The translations under genes were made by a program, and so were the position numbers. This document shows positions 26,899-34,228 of a stretch of 34,376 bases of DNA, one piece after another. The stretch spans positions 1-34,376 of the forward strand of contig JBBRUM010000001.1 in NCBI GenBank assembly GCA_038247815.1, in the 5' to 3' direction. This stretch comes from Tepidisphaerales bacterium (GTDB lineage Bacteria > Planctomycetota > Phycisphaerae > Tepidisphaerales > Tepidisphaeraceae). How positions within the stretch are numbered: the first letter of the stretch is position 1; every line of letters begins with the position of its first letter. The notes beneath the pieces were generated by a model, which ran no database searches, had not been told where the DNA came from, and saw only the letters and a list, made by a program, of their open reading frames with translations.

Positions 26899-27918
26899 TC
26901 ACCTTCGCTGCCCGGGGCTGCGCTGGCGACTCGTCAATTCGGTGATCAGGGCTTGCACGGTGTTGTCCCACGATTCCACACGCTCGCGCCTGCGGTCCCA
27001 GACCAGCCCCGACCCGTCCGCTCTCAGGCGAAACGGGTACTCATCGGATTCTACGCCGCGAAGTCGCTGAAGGTTCTGCACCACCAGTTGCAGCTCGTTC
27101 GCCGGGGCCGACACTGACCACGATCGGATGTCCGCCAGCGCGTTGTCACGCATCGCCTCCGACCGCCACCCCAGCTTCGCCCGCGCCGCAATCTCCTCGA
27201 ACGTCAGCACGTACTTCCCAGCCGACATCGGCAACCGCTCGATCAGCGCCTCCCGATACGAAAACACCGGCCTGTTGCTCTCAAACGCCTTGTCCGTCAC
27301 GTCGCGGAGCTTGTCGTTGGCTTGGTCTTCCGACCCCGGCCGAAGGCGACTGCCCATCGACTCGATCTCCGACCGTGTCCGCGGTTCCACAGCCGGGTTG
27401 ACCACGCCCGCCGGGGCGCGTTGGTACAGCGCCGCCAAACGCTGCACCGATTTCTCGTCCAGCGTCGCGGGCAACGCCGATAGCAATTGCCACTTCACGT
27501 ACGCGTCCGCCCGCGGGTTAGGCGAGTGCTTCGTGTCCAGCGCCCGCCACAACTGGTCCGCCGTCGGCTGAAGGTCGGCTTTTAGGAAAAAGTCGGGCCG
27601 GTTTCGCGCGAGCGTGCGGTTGGGTCCCTGCGACTCGTCGAACTCCTCGAGCAGCGCCTTCACCGACGCCGGAATCGGATTGGGGGCAGCCACCTCCGCC
27701 CCGCGGCGGGGGGCCTGAACGCGCGCATTTCGCGTCGCCGCAAGTCTCTCGGCCGGCACCGGACGGGTCGTAAGGGCGTCTGCGTTCCCCGGTCGACTGG
27801 CTGGCAGCGTCGTCGGCGTAGCGGTACCGTCCGGCCCCGCCTCCACCTGCCGAGCGCACACCCCCACCCCGCCCCCCAACACCGCCACCGCAAACACTTT
27901 CCAGCACACCATACTCAT
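26899..27918 (-). CDS. Hypothetical secreted protein (signal peptide, no recognisable domain)
   Basis: 339 aa. N-terminal hydrophobic signal MSMVCWKVFAVAVLGGGVGVCA. GAGAGAGG lies upstream of the ATG. Codon usage and GC3 look like those of the neighbouring genes. Confidence 0.6.
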   Translation of the reverse strand: MSMVCWKVFAVAVLGGGVGVCARQVEAGPDGTATPTTLPASRPGNADALTTRPVPAERLAATRNARVQAPRRGAEVAAPNPIPASVKALLEEFDESQGPNRTLARNRPDFFLKADLQPTADQLWRALDTKHSPNPRADAYVKWQLLSALPATLDEKSVQRLAALYQRAPAGVVNPAVEPRTRSEIESMGSRLRPGSEDQANDKLRDVTDKAFESNRPVFSYREALIERLPMSAGKYVLTFEEIAARAKLGWRSEAMRDNALADIRSWSVSAPANELQLVVQNLQRLRGVESDEYPFRLRADGSGLVWDRRRERVESWDNTVQALITELTSRQRSPGQRR

Positions 27919-27970
27919 CCCTCTCTCGCCAACGATCTTACATCAGATCGGCAATCGAGCGGCCCCCCGT

Positions 27971-29302
27971 TCATTGCTCGCCCGACGCGATGTGCGCCTG
28001 CACAGCCGAGAGCTTGGCGTCAATCACCTCCGGAAACGGCAACGCCCCGTTGACCGCTTCCAACGTCTTCAGCCCGTTTCCGGTAATACACAGCACAATC
28101 GCCTCGTCCTTGGGGATTTTCCCCTGCCCGAGCAGCTTCCGCAGCGCCGCCAGCGTCGTTCCTCCCGCCGGTTCCGTAAAAATCCCCTCCGTCCGGGCGA
28201 GCAAACCAATCGCGTCCACAATCTCATCGTCCGTCACCGATTCGCCGCCCCCGCCCGTCCGAGCCGCCACCCGCGCCACGTCGAACCCGTCCGCCGGGTT
28301 GCCGATCGCTATCGACCGGGCGATGGTGTTCGGCTTCTGTGGCGTGATCTCGTCGGTCCCATTGCGGATCGCGTCAATCACCGGATCGCACCCCGCCGCC
28401 TGCGCGCCCCAGAACCTGCACCCCGTGTCCTCCACCAGCCCAATCTCCACCAGCTCCCTAAACGCCTTGTCGATCTTCGGCAGAATCGTTCCCCCCGCCA
28501 CCGGACACACGATGTGCTTCGGCAATCTCCACCCGAGCTGCTCCGCGATCTCAAACCCGAACGTCTTCGCCCCCTCCGTGTAATACGGCCGAAGGTTTAC
28601 GTTCACAATCGCCCACCCGTAGTGGTCCGCCACCTGCGTACACAGCCGGTTCACATCGTCATACGTCCCCCGCACCCGCACCACCTTCGGCCCAAACACC
28701 AGCGACCCCAGCACCTTCCCCTGCTCCAAATCGTGCGGAATAAACACCACGCACTTCAGCCCCGCAGCCGCCGCATGCGCCGCCACCGAGTTCGCCAGGT
28801 TCCCCGTCGACGCACACCCCACCGTGTCAAACCCGAACTCCACCGCCTTCGACAACGCCACCGACACCACCCGCTCCTTGTACGACCACGTCGGGTAGTT
28901 CGCGGAATCGTCCTTGATGAACAGCTCGCTGCACCCGAGGTACTTGGCCAGCCGGTTCGCCCGCCGCAGCGGAGTCAGTCCCGAATCGAACCCCGTCACC
29001 GGCGTGGCCACGGGGAGCAGATCCTTGTACCGCCACAGGTTCCGTGGCCCGGCTTCGATCGACTCCCGCGTGACGTAACTCCGCAGCAGCTCGTAGTCGT
29101 ACTCCACCTCCAACGGCCCGAAGCACTCCGGGCACACGTGCAGCGCCTCGGCCGGGGTGCGATGACCACACTCCTTGCACTTCAAGCCAACAACGGCCGT
29201 CGCCGGTTTAAAACGGGTTGACCGCGCCACCACATCAGCGGCAGCCGGCGTCGGGATCTTCGCGGTAACAGCAATAACTGACGAGGAAAGAGTCGCAGAC
29301 AC
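27971..29302 (-). CDS. Threonine synthase homologue (fold-type II PLP enzyme) with an N-terminal Cys4 zinc ribbon; possibly MetM-like
   Basis: 443 aa. CKECGH...CPECFG zinc ribbon, PLP-lysine motif PTWSYKERV, GNLANS, AGGT. GTG start at 29302 with GGAGG about 7 nt upstream. Confidence 0.9.
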   Translation of the reverse strand: MSATLSSSVIAVTAKIPTPAAADVVARSTRFKPATAVVGLKCKECGHRTPAEALHVCPECFGPLEVEYDYELLRSYVTRESIEAGPRNLWRYKDLLPVATPVTGFDSGLTPLRRANRLAKYLGCSELFIKDDSANYPTWSYKERVVSVALSKAVEFGFDTVGCASTGNLANSVAAHAAAAGLKCVVFIPHDLEQGKVLGSLVFGPKVVRVRGTYDDVNRLCTQVADHYGWAIVNVNLRPYYTEGAKTFGFEIAEQLGWRLPKHIVCPVAGGTILPKIDKAFRELVEIGLVEDTGCRFWGAQAAGCDPVIDAIRNGTDEITPQKPNTIARSIAIGNPADGFDVARVAARTGGGGESVTDDEIVDAIGLLARTEGIFTEPAGGTTLAALRKLLGQGKIPKDEAIVLCITGNGLKTLEAVNGALPFPEVIDAKLSAVQAHIASGEQ

Positions 29303-29330
29303 GAAAGGCCTCCGGGGTGGGTCCCAGTTG

Positions 29331-29359
29331 CGAAAACGCCTCTTCCGTTAGGAAGAGGC
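29331..29359 (-). terminator. Intrinsic terminator forming the expression platform of the SAM riboswitch
   Basis: The minus-strand RNA reads GCCUCUUCC-UAAC-GGAAGAGGC followed by GUUUUC. This is a 9-bp stem (29338-29359) about 30 nt upstream of the GTG start. Confidence 0.6.
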
Positions 29360-29432
29360 CGCAGGGAACGTCCCACACGGATCCCACCGATTTCTCGGTG
29401 AGGTGATCGCCAAATCCGGCGACTCACCCTCA

Positions 29433-29572
29433 TCCTTATCTTCCCCACTCGCATCAGCCCTTTCGGGAAATTGCGGCGGGAGGGAGTTAGCACCTTCGAC
29501 CCGGGGGGTTTCCCCGGACTGGGTTGCTGTGGTGTCTGCGGGCCCTAGACCCTCGACCACTCTGGATAAGAA
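29433..29572 (-). promoter_or_regulatory. SAM-I (S-box) riboswitch aptamer
   Basis: The minus-strand RNA reads UUCUUAUCCAGAGUGGUCGAGGGUCUAGGGCCCGCAGACACCACAGCAACC...GGUGCUAACUCC...GAAGAUAAGGA. It matches the conserved S-box core (CUUAUC.AGAG.GG..GAGGG...GGCCC...GA..CC..GCAACC ... GGUGCUAA.UCC ... AGAUAAG) with P1 CUUAUC/GAUAAG. Confidence 0.85.
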
Positions 29573-29594
29573 GGCATCTTCAATTGTCGAACAC

Positions 29595-29623
29595 ATTGTT
29601 CATATGAGATCCCGGTCAGTCAA
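29595..29623 (-). promoter_or_regulatory. Putative promoter of the riboswitch transcript (TTGACT-17 nt-AACAAT)
   Basis: On the minus strand, TTGACT is at 29623-29618, the spacer is 17 nt, and AACAAT is at 29600-29595, about 20 nt upstream of the P1 stem. Confidence 0.35.
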
Positions 29624-29722
29624 GTCCCAATCCCGCACTTTTGCCGGTTCGTCTCATCCCGCACCCTGCTCCCGCGGCCGGACTGTTCCGCCCATCTCTC
29701 GTACCCTCTCCCGCTCTTGCCT

Positions 29723-29786
29723 CCGACCGGTAGGGCGTCCGACCGGTAGGCCGCCCGACCGGTAGGGCCTCCGACCGGTAGGGGGG
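29723..29786. repeat. Four tandem 16-bp units CCGACCGGTAGG+NNNN (12-bp quasi-palindrome around ACCGGT)
   Basis: The units start at 29723, 29739, 29755 and 29771. The 12-nt core is identical in all four and only the 4-nt linker varies (GCGT, CCGC, GCCT, GGGG). Confidence 0.9.
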
Positions 29787-29824
29787 CGAACGCTGGAACA
29801 ACGTCAGCTTAGGGTGACTCTCAC

Positions 29825-30310
29825 ATGGTTATCGGCGTCCTCTCCGACACACACGACCGCGTCCCCGAAACCCGGGCAGCCGTTGCCCTGCTCCTCCGCC
29901 ACGGCGCCAAAGCCCTCATCCACTGCGGCGACCTCACCGGCCAGGACGTCGTCGATTGCCTCGTCGGCGAAGTCCCCGCCTACTTCGTCTTCGGCAACAA
30001 CGACTGGGACCGCGACGGCCTCGCCCGGTACGCCGCCGATCTCGGCGTGACCTGCCTGGGCACCTACGGAGTAATCGACCTCGGGGGCAGGAAGATCGGC
30101 GTCGCCCACGGCGATGTTCTCCGCCCGTTGACCGAACTCGAAGACACCCCCGACCTGCGGTACCTCCTCTCCGGCCACACCCATGTCTCCGACGACGAAT
30201 CCGACGGACTCCTCCGCCGCGTCAACCCCGGCGCCCTGCACCGCACCCGCCAAAAGAGTGTCTGCACCATCGACCTAGCAGCCGACGCCGTGCGTTTTCA
30301 CCTTCTATGA
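29825..30310 (+). CDS. YfcE/MJ0936-family metallophosphoesterase
   Basis: VLSDTHD, HCGDL, FGNND, AHGD, SGHTH motifs in the canonical order. Confidence 0.85.
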   Translation: MVIGVLSDTHDRVPETRAAVALLLRHGAKALIHCGDLTGQDVVDCLVGEVPAYFVFGNNDWDRDGLARYAADLGVTCLGTYGVIDLGGRKIGVAHGDVLRPLTELEDTPDLRYLLSGHTHVSDDESDGLLRRVNPGALHRTRQKSVCTIDLAADAVRFHLL

Positions 30311-30343
30311 CCTTTGCGGCAAAGTGCTTCCTCCCGGCGTACG

Positions 30344-30862
30344 ATGCCGGCGAAGATGGACGAAAAGACCGAAATCGTAATCAGTATCCGCCGTTGGCAG
30401 CCGCGCGACGCAGCCGTCTGCAGGGTCCTTTACCGTGAAGGTCTCATCGGCGGAGTCATCGCCGAAAGCGACACCGGTGTCGACATTGACGACATCGCAA
30501 CCGCCTATATACAAATCCCCGGTAACCACTTCTGGGTCGCCGAAAACTCCGACGCGGAAGTCGTCGGAATGATCGGCGTCCAACACCACGAGGCGGGCGT
30601 CGGCGAAATCCGCCGACTTCGCGTCCGACAAGATTTGCGCCGCAAAGGCATTGGCAGCAAACTTCTCGAAACCGCCATCCGATTCTGCAACGACAACGGC
30701 CATCTCAAGATCATGCTCGACACGTTCATCGACCGCGATCCGGCCATCAAGCTCTTTGAGAAGTTCAACTTCCGACACCAGCGCACCCGCACCGTCAACG
30801 GCAAGGAGTTCCTCTACTTCTACCTCGACATCTACGGAGGGCAGGAGCGAAAGCGTGGCTGA
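30344..30862 (+). CDS. GNAT-family N-acetyltransferase
   Basis: RLRVRQDLRRKGIGSKLLE acetyl-CoA-binding motif. The start is ambiguous (ATG at 30344 or 30356; the ORF is open from a TTG at 30314). Confidence 0.85.
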   Translation: MPAKMDEKTEIVISIRRWQPRDAAVCRVLYREGLIGGVIAESDTGVDIDDIATAYIQIPGNHFWVAENSDAEVVGMIGVQHHEAGVGEIRRLRVRQDLRRKGIGSKLLETAIRFCNDNGHLKIMLDTFIDRDPAIKLFEKFNFRHQRTRTVNGKEFLYFYLDIYGGQERKRG

Positions 30863-31446
30863 GCCCCCGCGAGCACAAGGGCAAGCTTGGCGCTTACGTC
30901 AAAGACCGGGCCACGTGGCGAAAGTGGTTGGAGAAAATCGGCAAAACTAGCAAGGGCGTCTGGCTGGTGTACTACAAGAGGCAGTCCGGCAAGCCCCGCG
31001 TGTCGTACGACGAGTCGTTGGAGGACGCTGCGCTTCGGGTGGATCGATCCGGTGGTCAACTTATTTGACGACCAGTGCTCCGTGCAGTGGTTCGCACCCC
31101 GCAAGCCCAGGGGAACGTGGTCTGAGCTCAACAAGAAGCGCGTCGCCGACCTCATCGCCAACGGCCTGATGCGGCCCGAAGGCCAAGTTAACGTCGATTC
31201 TGCCCTCGTCGACGGCCGCTGGGAAGGCCTCGACGCCCACGAACGCCTCGAAGTCCCCCCCGACCTCGCCGCCGCACTGAACGCGTCCAAAGCCCGCGCC
31301 AACTGGGACAGTTCTCCCCCTCCAGTGGTAAGGAAAATCTCACTTGGATCGGCACGGCCCAGAAACCCGACACCCGAGACGCCCGGATCGAAAAAACCGC
31401 CCGAATGGCCACTAAGAACGTCCGTGCCCAGTTCGACCGCGAGTGA
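30859..31446 (+). pseudogene. YdeI/OmpD-associated (bacteriocin-protection) family gene with two frameshifts and no canonical start codon
   Basis: The family-like sequence is split over frames: VKDRATWRKWLEKIGKTSKGVWLVYYKRQSGKPRVSYDESLEDA (frame 1), FGWID...FAPRKPRGTWSELNKKRVADLIANGLMRPEG...PPDLAAALNASKARANWD (frame 2), FSPSSGKENLTWIGTAQKPDTRDARIEKTARM...DRE* (frame 1). The shifts lie near 31027-31033 and 31307-31311. Confidence 0.7.
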
Positions 31447-31467
31447 CGGGGTATACACTCCGGCCGC

Positions 31468-32433
31468 ATGACTTGGACCCCGGAAAAAATCTCTGAACTC
31501 GCCACCGGATACTGGGCGTCGCAGGCCCTCCTCGCCGCCGTCGAGGTCGGACTCTTCGAAGCCCTCCCCGCCCCAGCCACCGAAGCGTGCGCCCGCGCCG
31601 GAATCGACCCACGCGTCGGCGAGATGCTCCTTGACGCACTCGTCGCCATCGGCTTGGTCGTGCGAAACGGCGACACCTACGCCGTCGAGCCCTCGGCCGC
31701 ACCCTCGCTCTCCGCCCGCTCCCCCGTCTCCATGGTCGGGGCACTGCGGTTCAACTCCGCCATGTACGCCATATGGGGAAAGCTCGGCGATGCCGTCAAG
31801 ACCGGCCAGCCCGTCGTCCCCCCCGGTGGACACCTCGGAGCCGACCCCTCCCGCACCCGCGGGTTCGTCATGGGAATGCACTCCCGCGCACTGGCGTTGC
31901 TCCCCCCCGTCGCCGCCGCCATCGACCTCGGTAACGCCACCACACTCTTGGACGTCGGCAGTGGCGCGGGCACCCTGGGCAGAATGCTCGCCGAGAAAAA
32001 CCCCGATCTCCGCGTCACCCTCCTCGACCTTCCCGCCGTCACCGATGTCGCACGCGAGCTTACCGCCGCCCACCCCACAGCCGCCCGCGTCACCCACCTT
32101 GCAGCCAACTACCTCACGGCGCCCCTCCCCTCCCCCTACGACGCCGTCCTCCACTGCGGTGCCCTCCACCAGCACTCCGCCGCCGACGCAACCGCCCTCA
32201 TCGCCCGCCTCACCGCCGCCACCCACCCCGGCGGCCGTGTCGTCGTCGTCGATCTCCTCGCCGGACCCGCGTTCTCCATGCTCTTCGGACTCAACATGGC
32301 CCTGATCTCGCCCCAATCCCGGATGCACTCCCCAGCCGAGGTGCGTCAATACTTCCTCGCCGCCGGCCTCGACGACGTGCGGGATCACAGCGTCGGGGCG
32401 CTGTACCATCTGGTCAGCGGGGTCCGACGGTAA
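31468..32433 (+). CDS. Class I SAM-dependent O-methyltransferase (dimerisation domain plus Methyltransf_2-like)
   Basis: LLDVGSGAGTLGRMLAEKNPDLRVTLLDLP SAM-binding motif, preceded by a winged-helix dimerisation region. Confidence 0.85.
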   Translation: MTWTPEKISELATGYWASQALLAAVEVGLFEALPAPATEACARAGIDPRVGEMLLDALVAIGLVVRNGDTYAVEPSAAPSLSARSPVSMVGALRFNSAMYAIWGKLGDAVKTGQPVVPPGGHLGADPSRTRGFVMGMHSRALALLPPVAAAIDLGNATTLLDVGSGAGTLGRMLAEKNPDLRVTLLDLPAVTDVARELTAAHPTAARVTHLAANYLTAPLPSPYDAVLHCGALHQHSAADATALIARLTAATHPGGRVVVVDLLAGPAFSMLFGLNMALISPQSRMHSPAEVRQYFLAAGLDDVRDHSVGALYHLVSGVRR

Positions 32434-32448
32434 CTGGCGGAGACGACG

Positions 32449-32919
32449 ATGACGCGATGGATGAGTGTGCTTGCGATAGTCCTTACCGGCTGTGCGGGAA
32501 ACACGGGAACCGACTCTCCTTCCCGGCCGGTCGCGCAACCCGGCGACACGCCCGCCACCCAACCCGGATCGACCACCCAAATGACCCCCGACGAATTCAG
32601 CGACCGGCAGTGGCAAAACCGACTCCTTGTCATCTTCGCTGACGAGGAATCCGACCTGCGACTCGACGAGCAGCGGCGGGAGATGGGGCCGATGATCGCC
32701 CAAATGCGCGACCGTGACGTCATGATGGTCGAAATCGTCGGCCAAGATCCGCTGCGTGAAACCCTCGGCGTGGGCAACGAAGGGTTCCACGTCGTGCTAG
32801 TCGGCAAGGACGGCGGCGTGAAGCTCCGCTCGGAAGCTCCCGTCCGCGGCGCGCGAATCGTTTCGCTGATCGACTCCATGCCCATGCGGCAAGACGAAGT
32901 CAAACGGCGCGGCTCGTAG
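32449..32919 (+). CDS. DUF4174-domain lipoprotein
   Basis: Lipobox LTGC. RLLVIFAD...RDV...VVLVGKDGGVKLRSEAPV....LIDSMPMRQDE matches the DUF4174 pattern. Confidence 0.8.
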   Translation: MTRWMSVLAIVLTGCAGNTGTDSPSRPVAQPGDTPATQPGSTTQMTPDEFSDRQWQNRLLVIFADEESDLRLDEQRREMGPMIAQMRDRDVMMVEIVGQDPLRETLGVGNEGFHVVLVGKDGGVKLRSEAPVRGARIVSLIDSMPMRQDEVKRRGS

Positions 32920-32927
32920 GAACAATG

Positions 32928-33890
32928 CTACTGCCCCTGGTAGGGGATGTTCCCGAACCCGATCCCCGTCGACGGCTGGTTGAAATTGCTATTGGGACCC
33001 GTGTTGAAAAACGAGTTGTTAAACCCGTTGATCGGGAACCCATAGGAGATAAACGGCGAATTGATCACATACGGTCGGCGCAGCGAAATCCACTGCACGT
33101 AATACGCGTAATCCAGAAGCAGGTCGGCGGTGCGGGCGGTTTGGTTCGCGTAGACCGTGGCGGCTGCGGTGTCTTCCCGCGCTTCGCGAACGGTCCGCCG
33201 CGCACTGGCCAGTTCCGGCCCCGTCCGCAGGCGCAGTTCGAAGTCCCGTCGCATCGCGTCGACCCGGGCGTTGGCTGTCACCAGCGCCGTCCGCGACTCG
33301 CGCACAGACTTGTCACCCGTCAGCGCCTGCGTCTCCAACCCGCCCAGTCTCTGTGACAGCGATAGCCGGTGCGCGAGCAGGGCATCCAACCGCGTCGCAT
33401 CCTCCGGCGAAACACTCGTGTTCGGCGGCCGAGACGCGATCCGCGCACGGTGCAACTCGATCAACCGCGACGAGTCTGCAACCAAAAGCCGTGTCTGCCG
33501 CGCCTCGGGGTCCGAATCCAACGCGGTCAGTGTGGCGGTTCGCGCCGCGTCAAAGGTGGCGTACGCCCGCTGACGCTCAACCAGCGACTGCAAATACCCA
33601 GCCGAGTTCTCGAACAGCATCCGCTGAATCCGCACGAAATCGTTAAGCTCGTCCCGCGTGTTCTCCAGCCGAACCCGCGATCCTGCCGCAGCGGCCCGCG
33701 CCGGGGCCACCAACGTGAAAGGATCGATCGCCGATGGCACGGCTTGAGTCGCCGCCTGTTGAGTCCCAGCAGGTATCGACGGCTGAGCAGGCGAAATGGT
33801 CTGCGCGGACAATCCATCGGGTAGCACCGCCGTCGCCAAAGCGGCGACAATCACAGCGGTCGAGGTGCGCTGGAGGAGGGAATCAAACAT
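32928..33890 (-). CDS. Hypothetical secreted protein: helical/coiled-coil core with an Asn/Gly/Phe-rich C-terminal tail
   Basis: 320 aa. Signal peptide ...AALATAVLPDGLSAQ, an Arg/Ala/Leu-rich helical middle, and the C-terminus FISYGFPINGFNNSFFNTGPNSNFNQPSTGIGFGNIPYQGQ. Confidence 0.6.
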   Translation of the reverse strand: MFDSLLQRTSTAVIVAALATAVLPDGLSAQTISPAQPSIPAGTQQAATQAVPSAIDPFTLVAPARAAAAGSRVRLENTRDELNDFVRIQRMLFENSAGYLQSLVERQRAYATFDAARTATLTALDSDPEARQTRLLVADSSRLIELHRARIASRPPNTSVSPEDATRLDALLAHRLSLSQRLGGLETQALTGDKSVRESRTALVTANARVDAMRRDFELRLRTGPELASARRTVREAREDTAAATVYANQTARTADLLLDYAYYVQWISLRRPYVINSPFISYGFPINGFNNSFFNTGPNSNFNQPSTGIGFGNIPYQGQ

Positions 33891-33985
33891 GGGTTTCTCT
33901 AGTATCTGTACGGATGTGGGAACGCCCGGTTGCGGTCAAAGTCGTCGCGGACCGGCGGTTACAACAGTTAAGACCCCCCACCCAG

Positions 33986-34228
33986 TCAGGGGTTAGGACA
34001 TCGGACGCGAACAGGGTCAGTACGGGCAAGGTTAAAAACCGAAGGAATTTGACATTTGATACACTCGCCGACGCCCTCGCAGATGCAAAACTTTGCGTCC
34101 ATGCCGAGTAATCCCGCCAGCTTGCTCAAAAAGGCAACTGGATCGCCAGCTAAGCACTCGGCCACCTCGCCTACTGGATCAACTCCGGTTTCGACTGATA
34201 CGAGCTCAAACCGGGGTTCTTTCTCCAA
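33986..34228 (-). CDS. Small hypothetical ORF in a lower-GC segment (uncertain)
   Basis: 80 codons from a TTG start. No recognisable family and no clear RBS. Listed only because no other frame explains this segment. Confidence 0.2.
   Translation of the reverse strand: MEKEPRFELVSVETGVDPVGEVAECLAGDPVAFLSKLAGLLGMDAKFCICEGVGECIKCQIPSVFNLARTDPVRVRCPNP

Noticed and set aside
29723-29786. The tandem repeats as a CRISPR array
   Set aside because: The units are 16 bp with only 4-nt variable linkers. There are no spacer-length unique segments and no cas genes.
30832-32790. A 652-aa minus-strand ORF spanning the YdeI remnant, the O-methyltransferase and the DUF4174 genes
   Set aside because: It is a shadow ORF that crosses three independent plus-strand genes and their intergenic gaps. 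It is Gly/Asp/Val/Arg-rich low complexity typical of antisense frames.
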